A stretch of 35,090 nt of DNA, taken from a virus (taxonomy: Duplodnaviria; Caudoviricetes). The stretch covers positions 1 to 35,090 of IMG/VR virus record IMGVR_UViG_3300037742_000042. One strand, given 5' to 3'. The translations under genes were made by a program, and so were the position numbers. The notes under the pieces were generated by a model that did not search any database, was not told the origin of the DNA, and was given only the letters and a program-made list of their open reading frames with translations. Of this stretch, positions 14,732-23,533 are shown in pieces (within the stretch, counting starts at the first letter, position 1; each line of letters begins with the position of its first letter).

Positions 14732-15168
14732 TGAAACGCGTAGGTAGAGGAACCACGCTCGCGGTCGCAATGAGAAGCGCCGGATGGGAAAAGGAAAGCG
14801 TCGGATGGGAATACGCGCCGCCCAAGCCCGTAATTTATCCCATCCCAAAGACCAGAATGCAACTATGGTCTAAAGCATTCCGGGCGTTCTTTTCAGCGGT
14901 CGCTCGTCCAGCGATACTCACCCGCAGGGTGGTGCAACTAGCAATTGCACTTGACGTTCGCGTGGCGGAAGTAAGAAGCAAGGACTTGGAAATTCATAGG
15001 CTACGAGCCTCAAACCGCGAGTATGAGAAACAGTCGCTAGCGGACCTCAACACCAAGAATCGATATCTCGCGGCGATTGAGGATTACACGCGGCTCGCAC
15101 AAGAGAATCAGAGCCTTCGATACGAGCTGGCCTATAAGGGTTTCGAGAATATCGAGGTGCAATCGTGA
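14731..15168 (+). CDS. Hypothetical coiled-coil protein
   Basis: TAATG coupling with groES. Confidence 0.65.
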   Translation: MKRVGRGTTLAVAMRSAGWEKESVGWEYAPPKPVIYPIPKTRMQLWSKAFRAFFSAVARPAILTRRVVQLAIALDVRVAEVRSKDLEIHRLRASNREYEKQSLADLNTKNRYLAAIEDYTRLAQENQSLRYELAYKGFENIEVQS

Positions 15169-15401
15169 ACCTCCGTATCGACCCCCGTCTAGTCCCCCGT
15201 CCTTCCCGTGGCGCGCTGGCTATCCTCCGCGCCACTCAGGCGGAGCTTGCGGAAGGCAATGAAGCGCCGCAACTCGAGGACGTTCACAATCGATTGAACC
15301 GCCATGAGAGGCGTGTCGTTGCTAGCGAGGCTAGGGCGCATAAGAAGCAGTTGGCGAAGCGTGCGGCGTTGAAGGCGAAGCGAGCCCCGGTGTCCCTGTG
15401 A
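15165..15401 (+). CDS. Hypothetical basic protein
   Basis: GAGGT RBS; GTGA overlap. Confidence 0.65.
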   Translation: MNLRIDPRLVPRPSRGALAILRATQAELAEGNEAPQLEDVHNRLNRHERRVVASEARAHKKQLAKRAALKAKRAPVSL

Positions 15402-15700
15402 AAGGAAATACTATTATGTTGAGAAATGATTTTTTTGGTCCTGTGACTTTGCAACGAACCGACAACGAGTCTAACGTGGCGTCGAATAAAGCCCGGTTCA
15501 TCTCTGGAATGCTTTATGCGCTCAGCGGTGACACCTTTACGATCGAAACGAAGATTATCGGCACTGTGGTATTCTGTCGAGACAGCGGACGCTGCGTTGC
15601 TGCGGACAACTCGAATTCGTTTGACTACGTTCTCAGTTCTTCTGACAAGGAACAGCTTGATGCTTTGACCGAAGTGGCGAAGCAAAATTTGCTTGCATGA
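15398..15700 (+). CDS. Hypothetical protein
   Basis: Coupled to both neighbours; alternative ATG at 15416 after AAGGA. Confidence 0.65.
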   Translation: MKGNTIMLRNDFFGPVTLQRTDNESNVASNKARFISGMLYALSGDTFTIETKIIGTVVFCRDSGRCVAADNSNSFDYVLSSSDKEQLDALTEVAKQNLLA

Positions 15701-15948
15701 AAGTTAAATCCGTAGAGCTTCGCGACTGGTGCTCTGTGCAGCCCGGCCTCCGGACGATGAACCTGCTCGAAGACACACACGAGATGGAACTCCAGGCCGA
15801 TGGCTGGGTCAAGTGGCGTCTCAAGGGTGGCCAGTGGCATCTGAGCCCGCCTGAGATGGTACGAAACGTAGGTCTATCTGAAGAAGGACCGACAGAGGCA
15901 CAGGCGAACATTATCTCACGAGGTAAGCGTCCGACCACTGCCAAGTGA
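15697..15948 (+). CDS. Hypothetical protein
   Basis: ATGA and GTGA overlaps; immediately upstream of terL. Confidence 0.65.
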   Translation: MKVKSVELRDWCSVQPGLRTMNLLEDTHEMELQADGWVKWRLKGGQWHLSPPEMVRNVGLSEEGPTEAQANIISRGKRPTTAK

Positions 15949-17447
15949 GTCTAGAACGCGACTACCTGGCCTCTGCCAAGCGTCGTCTATCCCCCGACAC
16001 CCTATACGCCCGCTACTGTCAGCTTGACTTCAAGCTAATCGAAGCGGGTTACCCCGCCACCTCTGAATGGTGGCACGAGACCCTACGGGAATTCTATCGC
16101 ACCGGCCGCAGGCAGCTCGTCATCAGAGCCGGCCGGCGAGGCGGTAAGTCCTCCACCCTATGCCGAATCGCCGTTGCTGAGGCGATGTGGGGTAATCACA
16201 AGGTACCACCGGGAGACTCTGGCATTGTCGCCATTGTCTCCGTCAACAAGGACCAGGCCGTTGAGCGTATCGAAACGATTGAATCGATTCTCAAGGCCTG
16301 CAAGATTCCCTACAAGCGTACCGGCGACACCGTAGAGCTAACCGGGCGCGGTACAAAGTTCAAGGTTTTCGCCGCTTCCACCATGGCCGCGGTCGGATTC
16401 ACGGCTATCTGCATCATCGCCGACGAAATCGCGCTCTGGCGTAACGATAAGACCGGTGCTAACCCCGCCGAGACCATTCTATCGTTCCTCCGGCCCACCA
16501 TGGCCACCCAGCCGAACGCGAAGATGTTCCTTTCCAGCTCGCCGTTCTCAACGCTGGATGCCCACCATAAAGCTTTCGAATTAGGCGACACCGCCTCCCA
16601 GTTGGTCCGATATGCCCCCACGTGGGTGGCCAATCCGACGATTACCGAGGCGCAATCGCATGAATTAGAGCCCGACCCTCTCGAATGGGCTCGCCAATTT
16701 AAAGCCGTGCCGATGTCGGCGGGTTCGCTCTGTTTCTTTGACCCCGTGGCCATCGAACGAGCGATTGACACGTCGCTTATCTTACCGCTCTCACCGCTCG
16801 CTGGCGACATCGTAACGGCGGGTGGCGACTTCGGCTTCCGGTCTGACAGTTCGGCCCTAGCCGTGGCGTATAGACGCGGCAATACGTACTACACGGCCGA
16901 GCTACTGGAGCTACGACCGCAACAGGACGAGCCGCTCCGGCCGAGCCTGGTGGTTAAGACGTTCGCCGATGTGTTGAAGACACACGGATGTGCCTACCTG
17001 ACCGCAGACGGTCACTATAGGCAGAGCATCTCGGAGCATCTCGAGGCCGAAGACCTGCATTTCACCATTGCGCCAGAAGGCGCGAAGGGGAACCAGGAAG
17101 TATACGTACGGTTTAGAAGACTGCTACTAGACGGGCAGATCAAACTCCCAAAGAACGAACGACTCTTAGACCAGCTTAAGCTCGTCACGTCACAGCCCAC
17201 ATCGGGCGGAGCTATCAGCATTAAGCAGCCACGTACCAACGGCGGCCACGGTGACTTAGTCTCCGCTCTCGTCCTGGCCTGCTACCAGCGCGCGGGTAGT
17301 GAGATAGCCGGAGTCACCGAGAAGTTCGGCACGCCGGAATACTGGCGCAAATGGAATAGCCCCGAGCAGGTTAATGCTCGCGAAGAACTACAGATATTAA
17401 AAGAAGAAGAGGAAGCCACACAGGATAAACCCTGGTGGGATCAATAG
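15945..17447 (+). CDS. terL: Terminase large subunit
   Basis: Walker A AGRRGGKS, Walker B IIADE, motif III SSP, RNase H acidic motifs GGDFG, ADGH, HGDLVSA. Confidence 0.93.
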   Translation: MSLERDYLASAKRRLSPDTLYARYCQLDFKLIEAGYPATSEWWHETLREFYRTGRRQLVIRAGRRGGKSSTLCRIAVAEAMWGNHKVPPGDSGIVAIVSVNKDQAVERIETIESILKACKIPYKRTGDTVELTGRGTKFKVFAASTMAAVGFTAICIIADEIALWRNDKTGANPAETILSFLRPTMATQPNAKMFLSSSPFSTLDAHHKAFELGDTASQLVRYAPTWVANPTITEAQSHELEPDPLEWARQFKAVPMSAGSLCFFDPVAIERAIDTSLILPLSPLAGDIVTAGGDFGFRSDSSALAVAYRRGNTYYTAELLELRPQQDEPLRPSLVVKTFADVLKTHGCAYLTADGHYRQSISEHLEAEDLHFTIAPEGAKGNQEVYVRFRRLLLDGQIKLPKNERLLDQLKLVTSQPTSGGAISIKQPRTNGGHGDLVSALVLACYQRAGSEIAGVTEKFGTPEYWRKWNSPEQVNAREELQILKEEEEATQDKPWWDQ

Positions 17448-17611
17448 CTGCGATGCAGAACGGCGTGTATTGTGGTTTGATTCGTATCGTATTCTCTTGC
17501 GATAGCCCGTTGGGACATTTTACCGCTGGCATACAGCCTTAGAATCCGACGGATGTCCGCTTTAGAAAGCGGGCGGCGCGGTTTTGGTCCGCTGCGATAT
17601 TTCCGTTTCAT
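17441..17611 (-). CDS. Small HTH DNA-binding protein (56 aa, not in ORF track)
   Basis: MKRKYRSGPKPRRPLSKADIRRILRLYASGKMSQRAIAREYDTNQTTIHAVLHRSY; classic HTH; has its own promoter. Confidence 0.75.
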   Translation of the reverse strand: MKRKYRSGPKPRRPLSKADIRRILRLYASGKMSQRAIAREYDTNQTTIHAVLHRSY

Positions 17612-17618
17612 CCCGTGA

Positions 17619-17648
17619 ATCGTATCAATCCTTAGGTGCCTTAGTCAA
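17619..17648 (-). promoter_or_regulatory. Sigma70-like extended -10 promoter for the HTH gene
   Basis: Minus strand TTGACT-N18-TACGAT with TG at the extended -10 position; ATG 7 nt downstream. Confidence 0.6.
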
Positions 17649-18373
17649 TGATTTCAGACCCCCAAACGCCCATCATCACACAGAACGGCAACGTAGAGCC
17701 GTTCCAGACGGCCAGCTATCCAGGCGACGAAGCCGTAGCGGCTCCTCCGCCCGCGGCGCCTCCGCCTCCTCCGGCTAACGGTGGAATGCTTCAACGTGCA
17801 GCGATGCAGTCGCCTATGGGATGGGGCCAGCGCCAGGGATTGCCCCCGGCTCAGGCTCCTAGGCCGCAGATGCCCCCATGGATGCAACAGGGCGGCGGCG
17901 GATATGGAGGCGGCGGTCAGATGTCGTTCGGAGGTGGTGGCGGCTATGGTGGCGGTGGCGGTTTCGGCCCCCCGCCCTGGATGCAGCAACAGCAAATGCC
18001 GCAATGGGCTCCGCCGTGGATGCAAGGCGGCGGCTACGGTGGCGGTGGCGGCTACGGCGGTGGAGCGCCTCCGTGGATGCAACAGCAGCAGAGCCCGCCG
18101 TGGATGCAGCGCCAGCAACAACAGTCCTACCAGCCCTCAGCGCCGTTTATGCCTCCTCAGCAACCCAGCGCCCCTGCGGGCCCGGCGTATCGCAACGGTA
18201 ACCCCGGCTTTGCCGGTCCGATGTCTCCTCAGTTCACGAATCAAGCTGTCAAAGCACAGCCGGCTGGCACTGTCGCCACAGGTGGCCCCGCCGCCGCGCC
18301 TCCGGCGCTTCCTAATCGCCAATTAGCGGTTACCCCCACACCAATTTATAATCGCAGTAACGAGTTCGCCTGA
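17648..18373 (+). CDS. Low-complexity P/G/Q/M-rich protein with PPWMQ and GGYG repeats
   Basis: 241 aa ORF; five PPWMQ and four GYG units. Confidence 0.75.
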   Translation: MISDPQTPIITQNGNVEPFQTASYPGDEAVAAPPPAAPPPPPANGGMLQRAAMQSPMGWGQRQGLPPAQAPRPQMPPWMQQGGGGYGGGGQMSFGGGGGYGGGGGFGPPPWMQQQQMPQWAPPWMQGGGYGGGGGYGGGAPPWMQQQQSPPWMQRQQQQSYQPSAPFMPPQQPSAPAGPAYRNGNPGFAGPMSPQFTNQAVKAQPAGTVATGGPAAAPPALPNRQLAVTPTPIYNRSNEFA

Positions 18374-18425
18374 ACTTAACGTCCGCTTAGCTTAACTTTT
18401 ATTCCCTTAGGGGGTTACATCTTAT

Positions 18426-18932
18426 ATGGCAATTGCAAATATCACCACAATCTGGAAGGGCCTTTGGTCCTCTCACGCCACTTCGGGCGGATCGCCTCCG
18501 ACCATCACCGCCGCCGACTGGGTACAGAAGGCAAAGAAGTATTGCAGCTTCGTTAAACCGATTCCCGACGCAGACGCGGGTACCATCTACGAGTGGCCGT
18601 TTTTTAGTAATCTCGGAACGCATTCGCTCATTGTGACGGCCGTTACTATCGTCCCGTTCGCTGCACTCACCGCCGATAATACGAACTATAAGACCGTCGC
18701 CCTTAACCGCCGACTCGCCGCGGACACCGCGGTAGTGGTTGCGTCCCGTACCACGGCGATTACCGATACTGACGACTGGGTGGCTCTTACGCCGATCTCG
18801 CTCACTCTGTCCGCGACTGCTGCTAACCGCATTGTCGCTCCAAGCGAAGACCTCTCACTGCATCTCGTTGATGCGGGGAACGGCGTCGTCGTGCCCGTGA
18901 TGTCGATTACCGTGGAGTACACGGAAGCCTGA
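18426..18932 (+). CDS. Putative virion structural protein (beta-rich)
   Basis: Position in the head module; A/T/V-rich composition; GGGGG RBS. Confidence 0.7.
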   Translation: MAIANITTIWKGLWSSHATSGGSPPTITAADWVQKAKKYCSFVKPIPDADAGTIYEWPFFSNLGTHSLIVTAVTIVPFAALTADNTNYKTVALNRRLAADTAVVVASRTTAITDTDDWVALTPISLTLSATAANRIVAPSEDLSLHLVDAGNGVVVPVMSITVEYTEA

Positions 18933-19120
18933 AACTTTCTGAATTAGCTGACCTCCTCACGCTGTTGCGTGCTCATAACGTTTTAACGTATCAAACAACG
19001 GAGCTGACCCTCTCATTGGGTCCAGTCTTGCCCGAGTTTCCCAAAGAGAGCACCACACAGCGTGAGGAGCGTGAGTTCAACGAAGAAGAGGACGTCACGT
19101 TCGCGCACGTGGCTAGCTAA
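18929..19120 (+). CDS. Small pre-portal protein (63 aa) with probable CTG start
   Basis: (L)KLSELADLLTLLRAHNVLTYQTTELTLSLG...EEEDVTFAHVAS; CTGA overlap upstream and TAATG coupling to portal. Confidence 0.6.
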   Translation: MKLSELADLLTLLRAHNVLTYQTTELTLSLGPVLPEFPKESTTQREEREFNEEEDVTFAHVAS

Positions 19121-21036
19121 TGCGCAGAATCCCCCCGAACGAACGCACGACGCCTCCGGGCGACAAGCCCTATAATTTCAACTGGTGGTGCTCGGCCCCT
19201 GAGAACCAGTCCGCCGACATGATGGCGACTGCTCGCCAGATTGCTTCGCGCCAGGCGTATCTGGCCGAGTCGTTCCTGTACTGGGCACGCATGCACGGAG
19301 GCACGGCTATCGCTGGTCTCAGCCCGTTTGCGCATAGCAAGCCGGCCATTACCGTGCAAGTCGCCGGTAACGAGTCCGTTGGACTCAACATCATAGAGAA
19401 CTGTTGCTCAGCCGCACAGGCCGAGATTTGCCAGAACAAGCCCAAAGCCACGTTTACAACGAACGGTGCCGACTGGGACAAGCGCGAAGCCGCAGAGAAG
19501 CTTGATAAGTTCTGCGAGGGTCAGTTTTACAAGACCGGATTCTACGACCTGGCACCCGAGATATTCCTAGACGCCGAATGGGCCGGAACGGGGATTCTCA
19601 AGGTCTATCAGAGCAACGATGAAGTCGCGCTGGACCGCGTGTTCCCCTGGGAACTGCTGGTCGACCAGGCGGATGGTATGTACGGGAAGCCGCAATGCTT
19701 CTATCAGACCAAGTGGATTGACCGCTCTGTCCTACTCGCTGAGTACGGCGCGGATAACGAAGAGTTGCGCCTCAGGCTAGAGACCTGCACGAGTTCGGGT
19801 CTTGCCAACGGTCGTGACCCGTTTATGTACGACACCACGGCGGACCTCTTGCAGGTCGTCGAAGCGTGGCACCTTCCGAGTGGTCCTAAGGCCAAAGACG
19901 GCCGCCACATTATCGCCGTTGGGGACGATGATATCGAACTCCTCAACGAAGAGTGCGAAGACCACCCGTTCGTGTTCCTCCGCTGGATGAAACGGCCGTT
20001 TGGCTTCTGGGGCAAGGGCCTCACGGAGCAACTAGCCGGCGTTCAGAAGGAGATTAACCGCCTTCTGCTCAAGATTCAGCGCGCATTCGCCAAGCTTGGC
20101 ATCACGCGCGTGTTCATTGAACGCGGTAGCAAGGTCAACCCGGCGCACATGCGTGCGAATGACGGGGATATCATCGAATACACCGGCACTCCGCCTAGCA
20201 CTGTGGCCGAGACCCCCGTGTCCCCGCAGATTTTCGAGCACCTGTGGCAACTCGAGCGCAAGGCGTACGAGATTACCGGTATTAGCCAGATGACGGCTCA
20301 GGGACAGACGCTTCCTGGTGACGTGAGCGGTAAAGCGCTCCGAATGATTCTCCAGAATCACAGCAAGCGCCTCCGCATTGCGGCGGACATGTACGAACAG
20401 TTCTTTCTCGACGCCGCGGCGAAGATGATTGAGACCGCACGTGGAATCAAGGGCTACAAGGTCCGGTTCAACGCTGAGGGTGGTTACGAAGAGCTGGATT
20501 TCGACGATATCGACCTGAAAAAGGACGAATACGATATCCGCGCGTACCCGACGAACGCTCTACCGAGCAATCCCGCGGAGAAGCTCGCCGTGGTCCAGGA
20601 ATGGGTGAATATCGGCTGGGTAACGAAGGATGAAGGCATGATGCTCGCCGAATTCCCGGACACCAAAGAATTCGCCGAGATGAATCCGGTTATTGCCTCT
20701 AAGAAGGCAATCATGCGGCGCCTTACGGACATCGTCAAGCGTGGCACGCCGTGGGTTCCCGACCCGTATGTGGATATGCAGCAGGTTAAGCCGCTCGCGG
20801 TGGCGCTACTCCTCAACGCTGAGCGCAACCACTGTCCGGAAGACCGGCTGGATATGCTCCGCGAGATGCTAGAGATTGTCGTAGAGGGCGAGATGGCTAT
20901 GCAGCCACCGCCGCAGGCTGGCCCACCGATGGGCCCCGATGGAATGCCTATGCAAGGTCCGGCCGATATGCCGATGGACCCGAACGCTCAGCCAGGCGCA
21001 CCGCCTCCGATGGCGCCGCCAGGCGTCCCGATGTAA
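19120..21036 (+). CDS. Portal protein (P22-like podoviral)
   Basis: 638 aa between terL and scaffold/capsid; 'GTGILKV', 'PFVF....PFGFWGKG....L..VQKEIN', 'SGKAL'; Pro/Met-rich tail. Confidence 0.88.
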   Translation: MRRIPPNERTTPPGDKPYNFNWWCSAPENQSADMMATARQIASRQAYLAESFLYWARMHGGTAIAGLSPFAHSKPAITVQVAGNESVGLNIIENCCSAAQAEICQNKPKATFTTNGADWDKREAAEKLDKFCEGQFYKTGFYDLAPEIFLDAEWAGTGILKVYQSNDEVALDRVFPWELLVDQADGMYGKPQCFYQTKWIDRSVLLAEYGADNEELRLRLETCTSSGLANGRDPFMYDTTADLLQVVEAWHLPSGPKAKDGRHIIAVGDDDIELLNEECEDHPFVFLRWMKRPFGFWGKGLTEQLAGVQKEINRLLLKIQRAFAKLGITRVFIERGSKVNPAHMRANDGDIIEYTGTPPSTVAETPVSPQIFEHLWQLERKAYEITGISQMTAQGQTLPGDVSGKALRMILQNHSKRLRIAADMYEQFFLDAAAKMIETARGIKGYKVRFNAEGGYEELDFDDIDLKKDEYDIRAYPTNALPSNPAEKLAVVQEWVNIGWVTKDEGMMLAEFPDTKEFAEMNPVIASKKAIMRRLTDIVKRGTPWVPDPYVDMQQVKPLAVALLLNAERNHCPEDRLDMLREMLEIVVEGEMAMQPPPQAGPPMGPDGMPMQGPADMPMDPNAQPGAPPPMAPPGVPM

Positions 21037-21131
21037 AGCGCTACCAGCGCGCTTAAGCCTGGTTTCTTAACCCACACGCTAATCACGTGAGCTTAACTAT
21101 CGGCTAATGATAGTAAAGAGTAGCTTACTTA

Positions 21132-22235
21132 ATGTCTACTGAAGACCAGGGAGCACCTAGCCCCCTACCCGCTATGTCCCTCCCAGAGGTACCTAGCAAA
21201 ACGCCCCTCGCGACCGAAATCGAGAACACCATTGCGTCTATGGATAAACCAAAGCCGCGCGGGATGAAGAAGGTTGAGAAGAGCGCTCCGAAGACCAAGG
21301 CACCGATTGAGGCTAAGCCGAAAGAGGAAGAAGAGCCGGAGGCTAAGGAGGAGGAAGAGAAAGAAGAGCCGAAGAAAGAGGAACCGAAAAAAGAGCCGGT
21401 TACTCAAGAGAAGCTCAGCTCAGGGTTTGCCAAGCTGGAACGCCAGCGCAAGGCCGTACAGCGCGAAGAGGCTCGTATCAAAGACGAGCTAGCGAAGCTG
21501 GAGGCCATGCGCACAGAGCATGAGACCAGCAGCAAAGCCAAGATGACCGACCTGGAGAAACGCCAGGCGGATATCGACGCTCTCGTCAAGATGTTCGAGG
21601 ACGACGAGGAACAGTTCCTCGAGACCGTCGCTAAGAAGCGCGGGAAGACCAAGGAAGAGTTTTACGACCGTCTTACCAGGCGTCGTCTCAACGGAGGCGT
21701 TCCCGCCCCCGAGGACATGATCGCCCGGAGCAACAGCGAGACGGAGAAGCTCAAGCAGGAGCTGGAGGCAATCAAGGCCGAGAAACAGGCCGAGAAGGAA
21801 GCCGCCGAGAAGGAAAGGAAGGAAGCCGAGGAGCGTACCAAGATGGAGCAAGCCGTCCATCAAGAGAATGCCGGGTTTCTCAAACACGTAAGGGACGAGG
21901 GTAAATATCCTCTTCTCGCCAAAGAGGCAGACGTCGACATCATTGCTGTAGCCCGTAAGGCTGCTGGCAATACGCCGGTCGGATATGCCGAGATCGCAGC
22001 CTATCTAGAAAGTCTGCTGTCACACCAGAAATGGCGTGAGGAACAAGACGGTAAAACGTCGGAAGCCGAGACTCCTAAAACAGAGAGTGCTCCCAAGTCT
22101 GAGGGTCAGAAGACAGAGCCTAAAACGGCTAAAACCATAACCAACAAGATGTCAGCAGCCCGCACGCCCAAGAGCGAAAGCACTCCGCGAAACGACGATG
22201 AACGTCTGGCGCGTGCTGTGGGATCTTGGAAATAA
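21132..22235 (+). CDS. Capsid scaffolding protein (putative)
   Basis: E/K-rich coiled coil between portal and capsid. Confidence 0.75.
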   Translation: MSTEDQGAPSPLPAMSLPEVPSKTPLATEIENTIASMDKPKPRGMKKVEKSAPKTKAPIEAKPKEEEEPEAKEEEEKEEPKKEEPKKEPVTQEKLSSGFAKLERQRKAVQREEARIKDELAKLEAMRTEHETSSKAKMTDLEKRQADIDALVKMFEDDEEQFLETVAKKRGKTKEEFYDRLTRRRLNGGVPAPEDMIARSNSETEKLKQELEAIKAEKQAEKEAAEKERKEAEERTKMEQAVHQENAGFLKHVRDEGKYPLLAKEADVDIIAVARKAAGNTPVGYAEIAAYLESLLSHQKWREEQDGKTSEAETPKTESAPKSEGQKTEPKTAKTITNKMSAARTPKSESTPRNDDERLARAVGSWK

Positions 22236-22260
22236 TCTAATCTCAGGAGTTTCTTAACAC

Positions 22261-23475
22261 ATGACTTCCGCTACCGTAACGTCGCTCGACGGCGTTCTTA
22301 AAGTTTACTACGATGACATGAAAGTCAAGCTGATGCAGTACGGAGAGAGCACGCTTCTCTCTGTTCTGCCGCGCATGACTTCGATGAAGGGTAAGAATCT
22401 TCCGATTCCGATCCTCTTCTCCACCCCGGCCGGCCGCGGTACCAGCATTGCGCTTGCGCAAGGCGCCGCTGCCCCCGCCCGAACCGAAGACTTCGTGCTT
22501 ACCCGCGCGAAGGACTACGGCGTGGTCACTATCGAGAACGAGGCCCTTGAAGCCTCCGAAGGCGATAAAGCTGCGTTCGTTTCGGCTCGCGTTACCGAGA
22601 TCGACGGGATGTTTAAGCAGCTCGTTCGCTCTCTGTCGACGGCGCTGTACGGAACGGGCTCCGGCTCGATCGGTACGGTCGGCGCTCTGTCGACCGTGAC
22701 TCTGACCCTCGCCGATATCGAGCAGATTGTTAACTTCGATATCGATATGGAGCTGTCTTTCAGCGCAACCGACACCGCCACGCCCCGTACGGGCACGGCG
22801 ACGGTCACGGGGATTGACTACGACCTGGGAACGCTCACCTCTGATGCCAACTGGGTTACGACCCAGGTCACCGGCCTCATTGTTGGCGACTTTATCCAGG
22901 TCTCCGGCGACCTTAACGCTAAGGTTGCTGGGCTCGGTGGTTGGATTCCCGCTGCTGCTCCGAGCGCCACGCCGTTCTTCGGCGTTGCTCGTAACGTCAG
23001 CCCGAACCGCCTCGGTGGTATCCGCATTGGAACCGCTGTTGCCCCCGCTGGCATCGCGATCGAAGAGAAAATCCTCCGCTCCGTTGCGCGCGTTGCGCGT
23101 GAGGGTGCGAAGCCTGACCTGTTCGTTCTGAACTTCGCTCAATTCGCGAATCTCCAGGCATCCCTGGGAAGCCGCGTGATGTACGGCGAAGTGCAGTCGA
23201 ATGATGGTGAGTTCGGATTCCGCTCGATCCAAATCACCTGCGGCACGAACGTGGTTGACGTCCTCGCGGACGCCTACTGCCCCTCGAACGTGGGTTGGAT
23301 CCTCCAGAAGGACACCTGGAAGCTGTACTCGCTCGGAGAAGTTCCCCGATTCGAGAACAGCGACGGTCTCAAGATGCTTCGCCAGACGACCAATGACGGC
23401 GTCGAAGTCCGCGCGAAGTACTACGCTCAGCTCGGGTGCGTTGCTCCTGGGTACAACGGGCGCGTCGCGCTGTAA
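22261..23475 (+). CDS. Major capsid protein
   Basis: 404 aa, AGGAG RBS, strongly biased codons, follows scaffold and precedes a terminator; HK97-fold-like layout. Confidence 0.88.
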   Translation: MTSATVTSLDGVLKVYYDDMKVKLMQYGESTLLSVLPRMTSMKGKNLPIPILFSTPAGRGTSIALAQGAAAPARTEDFVLTRAKDYGVVTIENEALEASEGDKAAFVSARVTEIDGMFKQLVRSLSTALYGTGSGSIGTVGALSTVTLTLADIEQIVNFDIDMELSFSATDTATPRTGTATVTGIDYDLGTLTSDANWVTTQVTGLIVGDFIQVSGDLNAKVAGLGGWIPAAAPSATPFFGVARNVSPNRLGGIRIGTAVAPAGIAIEEKILRSVARVAREGAKPDLFVLNFAQFANLQASLGSRVMYGEVQSNDGEFGFRSIQITCGTNVVDVLADAYCPSNVGWILQKDTWKLYSLGEVPRFENSDGLKMLRQTTNDGVEVRAKYYAQLGCVAPGYNGRVAL

Positions 23476-23483
23476 TTAGGGAT

Positions 23484-23511
23484 AGGGGGTCCGGTGTGGG
23501 ACCCCCTTTCT
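23484..23511 (+). terminator. Intrinsic terminator after the capsid gene
   Basis: AGGGGGTCC-GGTGTG-GGACCCCCT followed by TTCT. Confidence 0.7.
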
Positions 23512-23533
23512 CCCTTAAGGAGTTTATAAAGAT

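Noticed and set aside
17870-18120. GGC and CAG tandem tracts as a non-coding repeat array
   Set aside because: They are in-frame codon repeats with synonymous variation, explained by the protein.
22243-23232. Long antisense ORFs opposite capsid, nozzle and ejection genes
   Set aside because: Expected shadows of GC-rich, codon-biased genes; no RBS or recognisable motifs.
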